The notes: generated by a model not told the origin, from the sequence alone. Numbered from the stretch's first letter, positions 9,879 through 18,357 are shown. The stretch: 64,000 bases of DNA from a virus (IMGVR_UViG_2773858042_000003:15919-79918); one strand, 5' to 3'. Translations and numbers: made by a program.

Positions 9879-10379
9879 TCAAGCCGCTCTATCCAAGTCC
9901 TCCTCATCCTCCTCGCCGTCGAGGGCGCCAGACAACACCAGGTCCATACGTCCCTGATGGTCGGTCTTGAGAAGCTTCTCCAGCGCAGTCAGGCCGAAGC
10001 CTACGGATCTGTTCATCGAACCCACGAGGGGCTTTGGTGGAAGGTAGCGATGCGACGATGTCTGGTCGAACTCGCCGGCACATTGGCGGGCCATAAGCTG
10101 ATAGACGATAGCCGCAAGGCGCTCCTGGCTTAGGCGCGTCTCCACGATCTTGGTCAGGCCGTCGATGCTGTAGAGCTGGTCGTAGTCGTTCCAAGGTCCG
10201 AGCCCCACAAACAGGTATCCGGGGAACAAGGGGCGCTCGACCTCTTCGGCCGGCCCCTTCTTCACCTGCCGCCTGATCCGCTCCATCGGACAGTAGACCG
10301 TGAAGCGTTCCTCTCTGAGGGTGATGGCCGCGCGACGGCCGCCTTGGGTGACTTGGGCGATGTGCCAGATCATAGTCAT
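9879..10379 (-). CDS. NusG-like (NGN domain) transcription antiterminator at the lambda Q position
   Basis: WHIAQV..VYCP..RPLFPGYLFV NGN motif; last gene before the late operon. Confidence 0.8.
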   Translation of the reverse strand: MTMIWHIAQVTQGGRRAAITLREERFTVYCPMERIRRQVKKGPAEEVERPLFPGYLFVGLGPWNDYDQLYSIDGLTKIVETRLSQERLAAIVYQLMARQCAGEFDQTSSHRYLPPKPLVGSMNRSVGFGLTALEKLLKTDHQGRMDLVLSGALDGEEDEEDLDRAA

Positions 10380-11056
10380 GCGGCTTGGTCCTGATGCAGG
10401 GGTTTCGGTTTGATCGTGCCTTGGCGCTCCAGAAGGGCGCGCGCCTCGGCGCTCATGCCGGTCTCATCGACGCGGGCGCACGGCGCTGGGCGAACCTTGC
10501 GCTTCCGGGTGCGCTCCAGAACGTCTTTGCCCTCCATGCGTTTGGCGAAGTCCGCCATGAGGGCCTGAACCTTCTCGGCCGGCAGTCGATCGGCGTCCGA
10601 CAGCCGCTGTTCCGGCTGATAGTCCGCCGCCTGCTTGGCGCGATAGGCCGCCTGACGCAGCACCTCGACGTGGGGGCGGGCCAAGTCGCGGATCTCGGCG
10701 GGCTTGGGGAAGAACCGTCCCGTGCGCTGATACTCGCTGACGGCGCGGTCGAGGGCGATCCGGGGCAGATCGCCGAGGGCGTCGGTATAGACCCGCCAGA
10801 ACGCCGGGCTCTCAGCCTCCGCACCCTTGCCGAACACAATCACCAGCGGAGCCAGTGCGCCGATCACGACTTGGGCGCCGGACGGTTCGCAGAGGATTTC
10901 AAGCTGCCGCTGGCAGGAAGTGGCCTCCGCCTTCAGGGCTGGGACCTGGGCGATTTCGAGAAGGTTCTCCTTCGGGCCGGTCGCAAGCAGCCGCCATAGC
11001 TCGGGCGACGGCTGAAAGGTGGTCGTGTTGGGCGGCGTGACGGTCAGGGCGGACAT
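10376..11056 (-). CDS. lambda P-position replication protein (helicase-loader-like)
   Basis: Y..AL.DLP..AL..A......RFFPKPAEIR motif; follows the initiator. Confidence 0.55.
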   Translation of the reverse strand: MSALTVTPPNTTTFQPSPELWRLLATGPKENLLEIAQVPALKAEATSCQRQLEILCEPSGAQVVIGALAPLVIVFGKGAEAESPAFWRVYTDALGDLPRIALDRAVSEYQRTGRFFPKPAEIRDLARPHVEVLRQAAYRAKQAADYQPEQRLSDADRLPAEKVQALMADFAKRMEGKDVLERTRKRKVRPAPCARVDETGMSAEARALLERQGTIKPKPLHQDQAA

Positions 11057-11605
11057 TTCGGGCCTCGGCGCGGCGGGGTTGAGGGGCTTCGTCGTCCCAG
11101 CTTCCGGCGTTCAGCCAGGTCGCTGGGTGGGGTATGAACTGCGGATCGTCCCAGCCGGGCAGGGCGCGTTCGATGCCGGCCAGGATCACCGCCAGCGGGT
11201 CAGGGTCGTCAATCCGAGCCATGGCCTTCGCGAACGCCTTGGCGGCGGCGTCCTTGGCCTTCCGCTTGGGGTAGGTGTCCCAGAAAACCAGGAACCCCTT
11301 GGCCACATCGACCTTGGCGGCGGGCTTCTCGCGCGCGGGGTATATATCTCCCCGTGGATGGGTGGGTGATTGGGGGTCTGGGGGGAAAGAGGGAGGGAAG
11401 GAGCAGCGTCAGAAGCGTCAGGTCTGACGTTTTCTGACGCCTTCTGACGCTTTCTTTCCTCGTATCGGGACTGCCGGATCGCCCCCTTCGAGCGGATCGG
11501 GGCGGCCTCAGCCAAAACGGCCTCATGCTCACGCGCAGCAATCATCGCAACGTCCAGGGCAAGCCCTGCGTCGAGAAGGCGCTGGAGGTAATCGATAGCG
11601 CTCAC
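10899..11605 (-). pseudogene. lambda O-like replication initiator, split by an apparent 1-nt deletion near 11337-11340
   Basis: N-part 11186..11605 and C-part 10899..11306 (FWDTYPKRKAK..PHPATWLN) join as EIYTPAREK if one C is added to CCCC. Confidence 0.7.
11406..11450. repeat. iterons of prophage 1 origin inside the initiator gene
   Basis: CGTCAG at 11407 and 11416, TCTGACG at 11423, 11433, 11443 (10-bp period), next to a purine-skewed tract and TATATAT. Confidence 0.65.
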
Positions 11606-11907
11606 GTCTTCCTGGCCTCGCGCCAGACCCGATATTCTGAACCGGTCAGGTTCCGCTTCTGGCTATTGCAGGCCATGCAACAGGCAACGAGGTTCGACTC
11701 GCTATCGTCTCCTCCGCGCGACGTGGGAATATCGTGGTCGATGGAGCGAAGGGGATCGGAGTAGATGCAGCCGATATCAACGAGGGACCGATCACAGTAG
11801 ACGCATTTGTCGCCAGATCGGGCGTAAACACGATCCCGAAGCTGACCCGCACGTCTACTGTTTTCACGATATGAGAAAGGCCGATTTTCCATCAGGGCAA
11901 TACTCAT
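11602..11907 (-). CDS. HNH endonuclease
   Basis: CVYC...IDHDIP.SRGG.DSESNLVACCMACNSQK; start at ATGA overlap. Confidence 0.82.
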   Translation of the reverse strand: MSIALMENRPFSYRENSRRAGQLRDRVYARSGDKCVYCDRSLVDIGCIYSDPLRSIDHDIPTSRGGDDSESNLVACCMACNSQKRNLTGSEYRVWREARKT

Positions 11908-12377
11908 GCGGCCCTCGCAAACAAATCTGGCTGCACGGGCGAGGCGGCCCAGCAAAGGAAGTCGACCCAGGCCATGCGCGCCTCATGGGTCTGCACGCCG
12001 TGCATGATGGTGGTGTGATCGCGGCCGCCGAAGATCAGGCCAAGCCGGTCAAAGGACAGGTGCGAGCGTTCAGTCCTGACGGCATGCATCGCGGCTTGGC
12101 GGACGATGCTGGTTCTGCGGTCGCGCGCCGGCCCGATCATGTCGCCGAAGGTGAAGCCGTTTTGCTCGGCGATGCGGGCGATCAGGGATCGGGTGGATGC
12201 GGAGCATGGCGCGGTCGCTGCCGGCGTGGCGGGCTTTGTGCCGAGCCACATCCAGATCATCCGGTCGAGCATGCCCGGCGTCTCTTTGACGATCGCGGCC
12301 GCCTCATGGAGCGACTTGCCGCCGAGCATCAAGGCCCAGCCGCGCGCCGCCTTGCTGACCTGATAGGGGTTGGTCAT
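11904..12377 (-). CDS. DnaA C-terminal-like HTH protein
   Basis: R...RQAAM......LS...LG..FGGRDHTTIMHGV. Confidence 0.8.
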   Translation of the reverse strand: MTNPYQVSKAARGWALMLGGKSLHEAAAIVKETPGMLDRMIWMWLGTKPATPAATAPCSASTRSLIARIAEQNGFTFGDMIGPARDRRTSIVRQAAMHAVRTERSHLSFDRLGLIFGGRDHTTIMHGVQTHEARMAWVDFLCWAASPVQPDLFARAA

Positions 12378-12745
12378 GCCGCGACCCTCGGCGCGCGCGT
12401 CAGGCCCCGCTTCTGGATCTGGGTCTTGGTGGCGTCCGCGGAACGGTTCAGGGCATAGGCGCAGGCTTCGGCCGTGGCGCCGGCCTCGCAATACATCAGG
12501 CGAAGGATGCTTAGGTCAGTGTCGGTCCAGGGGCGCGCGGTCTGCGGCGCCATGCCGGTCTGTTCAACCCGCGCTTCGATCGGAGGCGGGAACATGATGG
12601 CCCGCACGTCGGCTTCACAGCGGCCGAGCGCCTTGGCGATCTGTGCCGGCGTCGCGCGCGATCCGAGACGCTGGCGCATCTGGTCGATCTCCGTCATCGA
12701 GACGCCGCCGCGCCGGCTGTTGGCGTAGAGACCGGCTCCGCTCAT
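12374..12745 (-). CDS. HTH (Myb/GcrA-like) hypothetical protein
   Basis: RPWTDTDLSILRLMY....A...A.ALNRS. Confidence 0.55.
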   Translation of the reverse strand: MSGAGLYANSRRGGVSMTEIDQMRQRLGSRATPAQIAKALGRCEADVRAIMFPPPIEARVEQTGMAPQTARPWTDTDLSILRLMYCEAGATAEACAYALNRSADATKTQIQKRGLTRAPRVAA

Positions 12746-12903
12746 GACGGACGGACCGCTCGGTTGCCCTGCACGATCACTGAAAGGCTGGGCGCAACGT
12801 CGTCATCGCAACGGAAGACGCCGGGCTTTCCAATCAGGGTGCAGAACTTGCCGCTATCGGCCTGATAGACGCGATCAACGATGTGGGTCTGGGGCGCGCT
12901 CAT
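12742..12903 (-). CDS. small hypothetical protein (53 aa, not in ORF track)
   Basis: MSAPQTHIVDRVYQ...AVRPS; fills the gap with 4-nt overlaps on both sides. Confidence 0.5.
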   Translation of the reverse strand: MSAPQTHIVDRVYQADSGKFCTLIGKPGVFRCDDDVAPSLSVIVQGNRAVRPS

Positions 12904-13142
12904 ACCCGCCACCCCATCGCCCTCTCAGCGGACAGTTGAGCGGTGCGGGCACGATGGACCTCAGCTTCGGCGTGGTGGATCGAGCGCTTGTCCTTCCGCA
13001 GTATGGCGCGGCGAAGCCTGTCCTTGGCGTCGGAAAGATCGCGTTGCGCGGCGAAGGCTCGGGCAACCTTCCGATTCCGGATCGGCGCCGTGACGGCTTG
13101 AACCGCGACGTGGGCGCGGAGGAAAAGGTAGCCAAGCATCAC
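12900..13142 (-). CDS. hypothetical phage protein
   Basis: 80 aa, coupled overlaps with neighbours. Confidence 0.55.
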   Translation of the reverse strand: MMLGYLFLRAHVAVQAVTAPIRNRKVARAFAAQRDLSDAKDRLRRAILRKDKRSIHHAEAEVHRARTAQLSAERAMGWRV

Positions 13143-13555
13143 GCGGCGCCCTTCTCTTCTGCATCCAGGGCTCGCTCCACGTCGGCGAGTTCGGTCCTAG
13201 CAGTTTGGATCTTGCGGCGGATTTCGCGCCGGACTGACGGCTTGCTACGATCACCCATCCGCACGACCTTGGCGCACTCAACCACAGCCTCGACGGCTTC
13301 ACCGGTCTCGTTCCCAAGATCGGCGACGCGGCGACTGTCGGGCGTATGCGCCATCATGGCGCGGCTGATGATCGGCTGCTTGGCGTAGGCCTCGAGGGCG
13401 ATCACGACATCAAGGGCGAGGAAGTTGCCCGATCCGGCGGTTTGGCACCGAGACAGCTGCGTCACCTTCAGGCGACAATGGCGCGACGCCTCCTCCAATC
13501 CGCCACAGGCGTCGATTAGGTCTCGGGTCAGGTCGGCAATGGTCTGTTCGTTCAC
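13139..13555 (-). CDS. CII-position regulatory protein
   Basis: LIDACGGLEEA...QLSRC...LALDVVIALE, typical alphaproteobacterial phage CII-like signature. Confidence 0.6.
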   Translation of the reverse strand: MNEQTIADLTRDLIDACGGLEEASRHCRLKVTQLSRCQTAGSGNFLALDVVIALEAYAKQPIISRAMMAHTPDSRRVADLGNETGEAVEAVVECAKVVRMGDRSKPSVRREIRRKIQTARTELADVERALDAEEKGAA

Positions 13556-13760
13556 GGTATGGACCTGTTTCTATTTCCGATGCCGGCCCCGCTTCGTGCG
13601 CCTACTCAGGCGGCATCAGGCGGAGGTTGATCGGGGTGGGTTTCGTGGTCGTTGGCGGGAAGGGGAGGCGCGGACGCCGGGTCGCGCTGGACGCTCGGAT
13701 GGAGCAGGCCGGTCAGTTCCTGGCGGACGACGGCGCGGATCATCTGGAGATCGTCGCTGT

Positions 13761-14144
13761 TCAGCATGGGGTGCTCCGGCGGGGACCTGGGGGGAGGGCG
13801 GCCCCCGCCGGAGCCAGCGACGCCTTGGGAGAAGGCGCGCGCTGTCCTACAGTGGTGTCGCTACAACCCACTGAAGAGGAAAGCAGATGTTCGATGATGC
13901 TGAGGTTGGCGTTCCCTGCCCGAAGTGCGGCCAGGAGAATGTCCGCTCGGTCGGAAGCCTTCGCGCCAAGACCGAGTTTCAATGCGCCGGATGCGGTGCA
14001 ACCATCGTCCCGGACGGTGATCTCGACCAGGGACTGCGGAGGGCTGAGAAGGCCGTTGATGACCTGCGGAAATCGTTCCGCAAGTTCGGCAAGCGCTAGC
14101 GCTTCACCGGCGATCTGCTCAAGCGTTTCGGAGAGCGTCGCCAT
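13761..14144 (-). CDS. ORF immediately after cro, antisense to a zinc-ribbon gene
   Basis: ATG directly abuts the cro stop; 127 aa; may be a shadow ORF. Confidence 0.35.
   Translation of the reverse strand: MATLSETLEQIAGEALALAELAERFPQVINGLLSPPQSLVEITVRDDGCTASGALKLGLGAKASDRADILLAALRAGNANLSIIEHLLSSSVGCSDTTVGQRAPSPKASLAPAGAALPPGPRRSTPC
13887..14099 (+). CDS. small zinc-ribbon protein
   Basis: CPKC..CAGC, RBS GAGGA, 70 aa. Confidence 0.7.
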   Translation: MFDDAEVGVPCPKCGQENVRSVGSLRAKTEFQCAGCGATIVPDGDLDQGLRRAEKAVDDLRKSFRKFGKR

Positions 14145-14387
14145 CTATGCCGCCGCCTCTTGGGGAGGGGTGTCGTTGGCGCGGAGGAGCAGGACGTCAG
14201 ACGCCTTGACCTTGCCTTTCGTCAGACGCTCGATCTGAAATGCGCGCTCTGGTGACGTTCCAGTTTGACCACGACGGATGCGGCAGACCTGGGGCTGGCT
14301 TAGGCCCAGCTGATCGGCGAGCCATTGGTCGCGCAGCTTGTTTGAGCGCATCCAGCGGGCCAAGGGAGTGATCGTCTTGTCATCCAT
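14145..14387 (-). CDS. cro: Cro-like HTH protein
   Basis: LADQLGLSQPQVCRIRRG..SPERAFQIE..T.G.V; divergent from repressor. Confidence 0.85.
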   Translation of the reverse strand: MDDKTITPLARWMRSNKLRDQWLADQLGLSQPQVCRIRRGQTGTSPERAFQIERLTKGKVKASDVLLLRANDTPPQEAAA

Positions 14388-14395
14388 GACTATGA

Positions 14396-14447
14396 ATATG
14401 CGCCCGACGCATATTATGCGTCAAGCGCATTATGCGTCTGATGCGCT
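14396..14447. promoter_or_regulatory. OR operators / PR of prophage 1
   Basis: ATATGCG-CCCGA-CGCATAT, TATGCG-TCAAG-CGCAT and a degenerate third copy; TTGACG-N18-CATATT on the minus strand. Confidence 0.75.
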
Positions 14448-14481
14448 AACGGCTGTCGGCTCGATGTTGCAAAATATGCAC

Positions 14482-14853
14482 ATGACGACTTCCGGGCCGG
14501 GACATTTCCTGAAGCAGTGGCGACAGCACGCGGGCTTGTCTCAGCAGGCAGCCTGCGAAGCAGCTATTGCCCTGATGGAGGATCGCGTGGTCGCCGAGGG
14601 CGAAGAGGTCGACATCAAGCGACTGGGCCTGACGCAGGGCAACTTGGCGCGCATCGAGAACGGCAAGACGCCCTACAATCAGCGCCTCTTGGAGATCCTC
14701 GCCGAGGTCTACCGTACGGATGTCGCCTCGCTCATCATGCGCAACCCAGAAGACCCGGAAGGCATCTGGTCGATCTACGACCAAATTCCCGCGTCGCAAC
14801 GCCCGGTCGCACTCAAGATGCTGAGCGGCCTAAAGACCGGCACCGAAGGCTGA
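14482..14853 (+). CDS. cI: CI-like XRE repressor without S24 peptidase domain
   Basis: FLKQWRQHAGLSQ..LTQGNLARIENGK..L..LA..Y; start uncertain (14464-14482). Confidence 0.8.
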   Translation: MTTSGPGHFLKQWRQHAGLSQQAACEAAIALMEDRVVAEGEEVDIKRLGLTQGNLARIENGKTPYNQRLLEILAEVYRTDVASLIMRNPEDPEGIWSIYDQIPASQRPVALKMLSGLKTGTEG

Positions 14854-14876
14854 CAGCCTTATAGTTGGGGGAGGGG

Positions 14877-15518
14877 ATGCCGAGCTTTTATCCAGCGGAT
14901 GTGTCGCCGCAAGTCTCTAATGACCAAGTGGTCGTAAAGCGCCTCTTGCATTTTGCGGCGGGTATGGAGGCGCTAGCTGAACACTCCCTTGTGGACGCTC
15001 AGGTCAGCAATCTGCTGACGCAAATGCTGGGTGCAGATCCTAAGCCGGCCATCGCCATGTACGAGACGCTCAACGGCGCCCGAGCAGAGGCGCGTGCGCT
15101 TAAGGCGGTAGGAAAAGAGACGCTGTCTCCTGGCGACAACGCGTTGTTGGCTCGAATAATGACCGTCTGCAAAACGTCGTCAGATCACCGAGACGCTATA
15201 GCACACCGTTTGTGGATGGCTGATGACCAGTATCCCGATGCAGTGGTGCTTGTGGACCCCAAATCTCTTTGGCGGATGAGCAGTAAGGTCGGGGAAATCA
15301 AGGCTAAAGGCCCGGTCACCGACGCATCTGCCCGAAGCGTGCAAGATGACATCCGCGCGGCTTGCCAGATTTGGCGGATGGATGACTTTGACTTGGCTAA
15401 ACGAGCAGCTAGCAAGGCTGTCATTTCATTGATCGCCTTTGGCGAAGTGTTGTCGCTGGGCGATATTCCCGCAGCTTCGCAGAAGAGATCACAGTTAGAC
15501 GCTCATCTCTCGACTTAG
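14877..15518 (+). CDS. HEPN-like accessory protein
   Basis: R-D-A-I-A-H (R-x4-H) in a helical protein; lower GC; directly downstream of cI. Confidence 0.55.
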   Translation: MPSFYPADVSPQVSNDQVVVKRLLHFAAGMEALAEHSLVDAQVSNLLTQMLGADPKPAIAMYETLNGARAEARALKAVGKETLSPGDNALLARIMTVCKTSSDHRDAIAHRLWMADDQYPDAVVLVDPKSLWRMSSKVGEIKAKGPVTDASARSVQDDIRAACQIWRMDDFDLAKRAASKAVISLIAFGEVLSLGDIPAASQKRSQLDAHLST

Positions 15519-15709
15519 GAGCGGAATGCGTCAGAGCATCTTTTTATGATCCGGGTGGCTGGCCACTCAACGTATGAGGTTTCAGAAACGTGTACGTGTT
15601 CGCCCGCAAAGATAAGGGGTAGGTCGCACATCGCCGCATCAGCTCCGGCCAAGCGCTTTAAGAGCGCCTCGTATCGCTCCACAATCTCCTTGGCTTCAGC
15701 TTCGGTCAT
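15515..15709 (-). CDS. small hypothetical protein
   Basis: MTEAEAKEIVERY..., 64 aa. Confidence 0.45.
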   Translation of the reverse strand: MTEAEAKEIVERYEALLKRLAGADAAMCDLPLIFAGEHVHVSETSYVEWPATRIIKRCSDAFRS

Positions 15710-15754
15710 GCGGGAATTTTCCGCCCGAACAGGACTCAGGTCAACCCATAGCAA

Positions 15755-15782
15755 AACGGCGGCCCCTTATGGGGCCGCCGTT
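15755..15782. terminator. GC-rich hairpin terminator after HIRAN gene
   Basis: AACGGCGGCCCC-TTAT-GGGGCCGCCGTT perfect 12-bp stem. Confidence 0.65.
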
Positions 15783-15788
15783 GGTTGG

Positions 15789-16231
15789 TCAGGCGAATGA
15801 TACGTCGCCGCGAACAGGCACTGCGAGCCTGACGCCGTAGTGACCCTCGTCGTACTGATTGGTTCGCCAGCCGCCCTGGACACGCGCGTCGCAGATCGCG
15901 CGTTCAATCCCGCGGATCTCATTGCAGTACCGACCCGCTTGGCCTGCTCGCGTGGCAAATACCCGACCCGACGGCCCTCTATCGTCACCATTACGGCATT
16001 CGGATCGTATGCGTTGGATGGTTCTAGCACGAGCATAGCCTCGTGCTCCCCATCGTAGCCCAAGCGAGTGTGCTTCCCACAGATCGCGATGAGGGCATCC
16101 TGATAGTTGCTCTCGCCGACGACCTCCATGCCGAACGACTTTGTGGTCCGAACGACCCGCTTGACGGCTGGCGCGGGGGAAACCACAACAGGGGCTTTCG
16201 GCTTGCCGAATAGCCAAGACAGTACGCTCAT
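15789..16231 (-). pseudogene. HIRAN-domain protein, split by an apparent 1-nt deletion near 15900
   Basis: VVGESNYQ..LVLEPSNAYDPNAV.V.I.G..VGYLP; natural C-terminus AICDARVQGGW..YGVRL lies in the -1 frame and stops just before the terminator. Confidence 0.72.
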
Positions 16232-16283
16232 GAATCACCGCCATGCTGAAAGCATGACGTAAGCGCGCAACGACGAGGCGAGT

Positions 16284-16517
16284 CTAGGCGGCATCCGCTG
16301 GCACTTGGCCCGATCTGGCGATGAGCACGGGATCCATCCAGAAATCGGCCTCCGGCGATCCGGTGACCCGATAGACGACAACGCCCGCTGCATAGCCTTT
16401 GCAGGACCGGGCGGCGCGGATGGCGGCGTCTCGGCTGAGCAGCCGGCGCATGTGATCCTTCACCAGCCTGCCGGCCGACTTTTGGTAGGGCTGAACGCAG
16501 TAGATCGTTCGCATCAT
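16284..16517 (-). CDS. hypothetical protein
   Basis: 77 aa MMRTIYCVQPY...GQVP, divergent from PL. Confidence 0.55.
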   Translation of the reverse strand: MMRTIYCVQPYQKSAGRLVKDHMRRLLSRDAAIRAARSCKGYAAGVVVYRVTGSPEADFWMDPVLIARSGQVPADAA

Positions 16518-16592
16518 CGGGTTATGATTCCCTAGACGACGATGAGAGTCGAGGAGGCGCGGACACACCTACGACCGTTTCTGTCGTCTGAG

Positions 16593-16646
16593 ATATGCGC
16601 CAGACGCATTTTTCTATTGACGCCAAATATGCGTGGGGCGCATAGT
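16593..16646 (+). promoter_or_regulatory. OL operators / PL of prophage 1
   Basis: ATATGCG-CCAGA-CGCAT and ATATGCG-TGGGG-CGCATA; TTGACG(16617)-N18-CATAGT. Confidence 0.75.
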
Positions 16647-16668
16647 CTCTCCATCAACGGAGACCGTC

Positions 16669-16914
16669 ATGTCCCTTCGCGCCGCCACTGCTGAGATTAT
16701 CCCGTTCCGCCGCCCGGCCCACGCCGAGAGCCTGATCAAATACACTGCCCGTCTTGCGTGGCTGGATCGCCAAGGCGAGCAGCACGTCGAGCAGTTCGCC
16801 GCCTGGACGGAGCGCGCGGCTACCTGCGCCGCCTGGAAGCGCGCTCGGTCGCTGCGCCTGTCGGGCGAGGCGCTGACCTTCCGCACGCAACACACTGAGC
16901 AGGTCCGCGTCTGA
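16669..16914 (+). CDS. first early-operon protein, hypothetical
   Basis: ATG after PL and GGAGA. Confidence 0.55.
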   Translation: MSLRAATAEIIPFRRPAHAESLIKYTARLAWLDRQGEQHVEQFAAWTERAATCAAWKRARSLRLSGEALTFRTQHTEQVRV

Positions 16915-17465
16915 TGCTGGACTTCAACATCACTACCGCCGGAACGCCGAAGCGGGACATTGACCTGTTCGGCCCAACCACCGTCCGCATTGATCGCCGA
17001 CGCAGCGACGAGATCGCCGGCGTACCGGTCCTCTATCTTTCCGCCTATGTCGCCGACGATGAAGCCTTCGCTCAGAAGCTGCTGGCGGCGCTGGCATGGG
17101 TCACGGACGGCACGACTTCACCAGCCAGGGCCGGGGACGCGCCGAACAAGCCGTCCCCGGAAGCTGCGGCCGTCGTCGCCAACGACGCGGCGCCGGGCCC
17201 CTACACCATGCCCGACTATGTCGAGGACGTGGACTATGCCGAAATCCTGTTCCTGCCTGACGACCTGCAGGCGGCGGACTGGAAAGCGTGGAGCGCGGCT
17301 GTGCTGCGCCGGATCGAGCTGGCGACCACCGCGTCTCAGTTGGCCGATCTCACCAGCGCCAACGCCATCGGGCTGAAGTGGTGCACCTGGCAGCAGCGCG
17401 CACAGATCGGAAAGGCGTTGAACGACGCCTATCAAGTCACCTTTGATCAGGCGGCTGCGGCATGA
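16914..17465 (+). CDS. hypothetical early protein
   Basis: 183 aa, coupled. Confidence 0.55.
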   Translation: MLDFNITTAGTPKRDIDLFGPTTVRIDRRRSDEIAGVPVLYLSAYVADDEAFAQKLLAALAWVTDGTTSPARAGDAPNKPSPEAAAVVANDAAPGPYTMPDYVEDVDYAEILFLPDDLQAADWKAWSAAVLRRIELATTASQLADLTSANAIGLKWCTWQQRAQIGKALNDAYQVTFDQAAAA

Positions 17466-17818
17466 TCCGCGATCACCGCACCATCACCACCGCCCAGGCT
17501 GCAGTTCTGACGGCGCTGAACGGCAATCGCTCGCTTCAGCGTGCGGCCTCCGAGGGCCAGCCTTTCCGCGTCACCTTCGACGAGCCGGAGCCGGGCCGCG
17601 AACGACCTGCGTTCCCGGAGGCCCTGATCCTGGAAATGATCGAGCAGGGCTTGCTCTCGACATTGCAGGCGGCGGCGCCATGGCCGGCTCGCAATCTGCC
17701 GGCGCGACCCTTCCACGTCAGGCTGACGAAGGAGGGGGACCAGGAGCGTCGACGTCTGGTGACCGGCGTGACAGTGCCGGCGAACGATGACGCCCCCATG
17801 CCGAACAGGGCCGCCTGA
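17462..17818 (+). CDS. hypothetical early protein
   Basis: 118 aa, coupled. Confidence 0.5.
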   Translation: MIRDHRTITTAQAAVLTALNGNRSLQRAASEGQPFRVTFDEPEPGRERPAFPEALILEMIEQGLLSTLQAAAPWPARNLPARPFHVRLTKEGDQERRRLVTGVTVPANDDAPMPNRAA

Positions 17819-18357
17819 TGGGACGTCCTCTCTGGCAGATCGACGCCGACCTTCGACGCCTTCAGGCCGAGAAGAAGGCTGCGCGCACCCGCACCTTCAA
17901 GCCCGGCATGCGCCTTCGGTCGTTTAAGCCCGAAGCCAAGGGCCAGCGTGATCCTCGTCAGGTCGATGCAGCCTATCTGGCGTGGCTGCACGTCGATACC
18001 GACTGCATCGCCTGCTTGATCGAAGGCCGCCCCCATAATCCGCACGGTCTGCAGAGCACGATCGAGGCTGCTCACCAAAATCTGGCGATAGCGTCGAAGG
18101 GCTGGCGCGAGCGGGGAGGGGGCAAGCGCATCCACGATGCCCGTTGCGTGCCGCTCTGCACCCTTCATCACACCGGCCTCCCGAACGCCTGCGACAACGG
18201 TCAGCGGAAGTTTTGGGACCGCCTCGGCCTTGGTGACGCCGTCGCCGATTTCTGCCGCGACCTGCACGCCGCCTTCACCGCCGACGAGCCCGCGCTCCCA
18301 ATCATCCATCGGTACGCGATGGACCAGCTGCACCCCCAATCCACCGAAGAGGCATAG
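17818..18357 (+). CDS. DUF968/NinG-like putative nuclease
   Basis: YLAWLH..CIAC..EAAH..HDARCVPLCTLHH. Confidence 0.65.
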   Translation: MGRPLWQIDADLRRLQAEKKAARTRTFKPGMRLRSFKPEAKGQRDPRQVDAAYLAWLHVDTDCIACLIEGRPHNPHGLQSTIEAAHQNLAIASKGWRERGGGKRIHDARCVPLCTLHHTGLPNACDNGQRKFWDRLGLGDAVADFCRDLHAAFTADEPALPIIHRYAMDQLHPQSTEEA

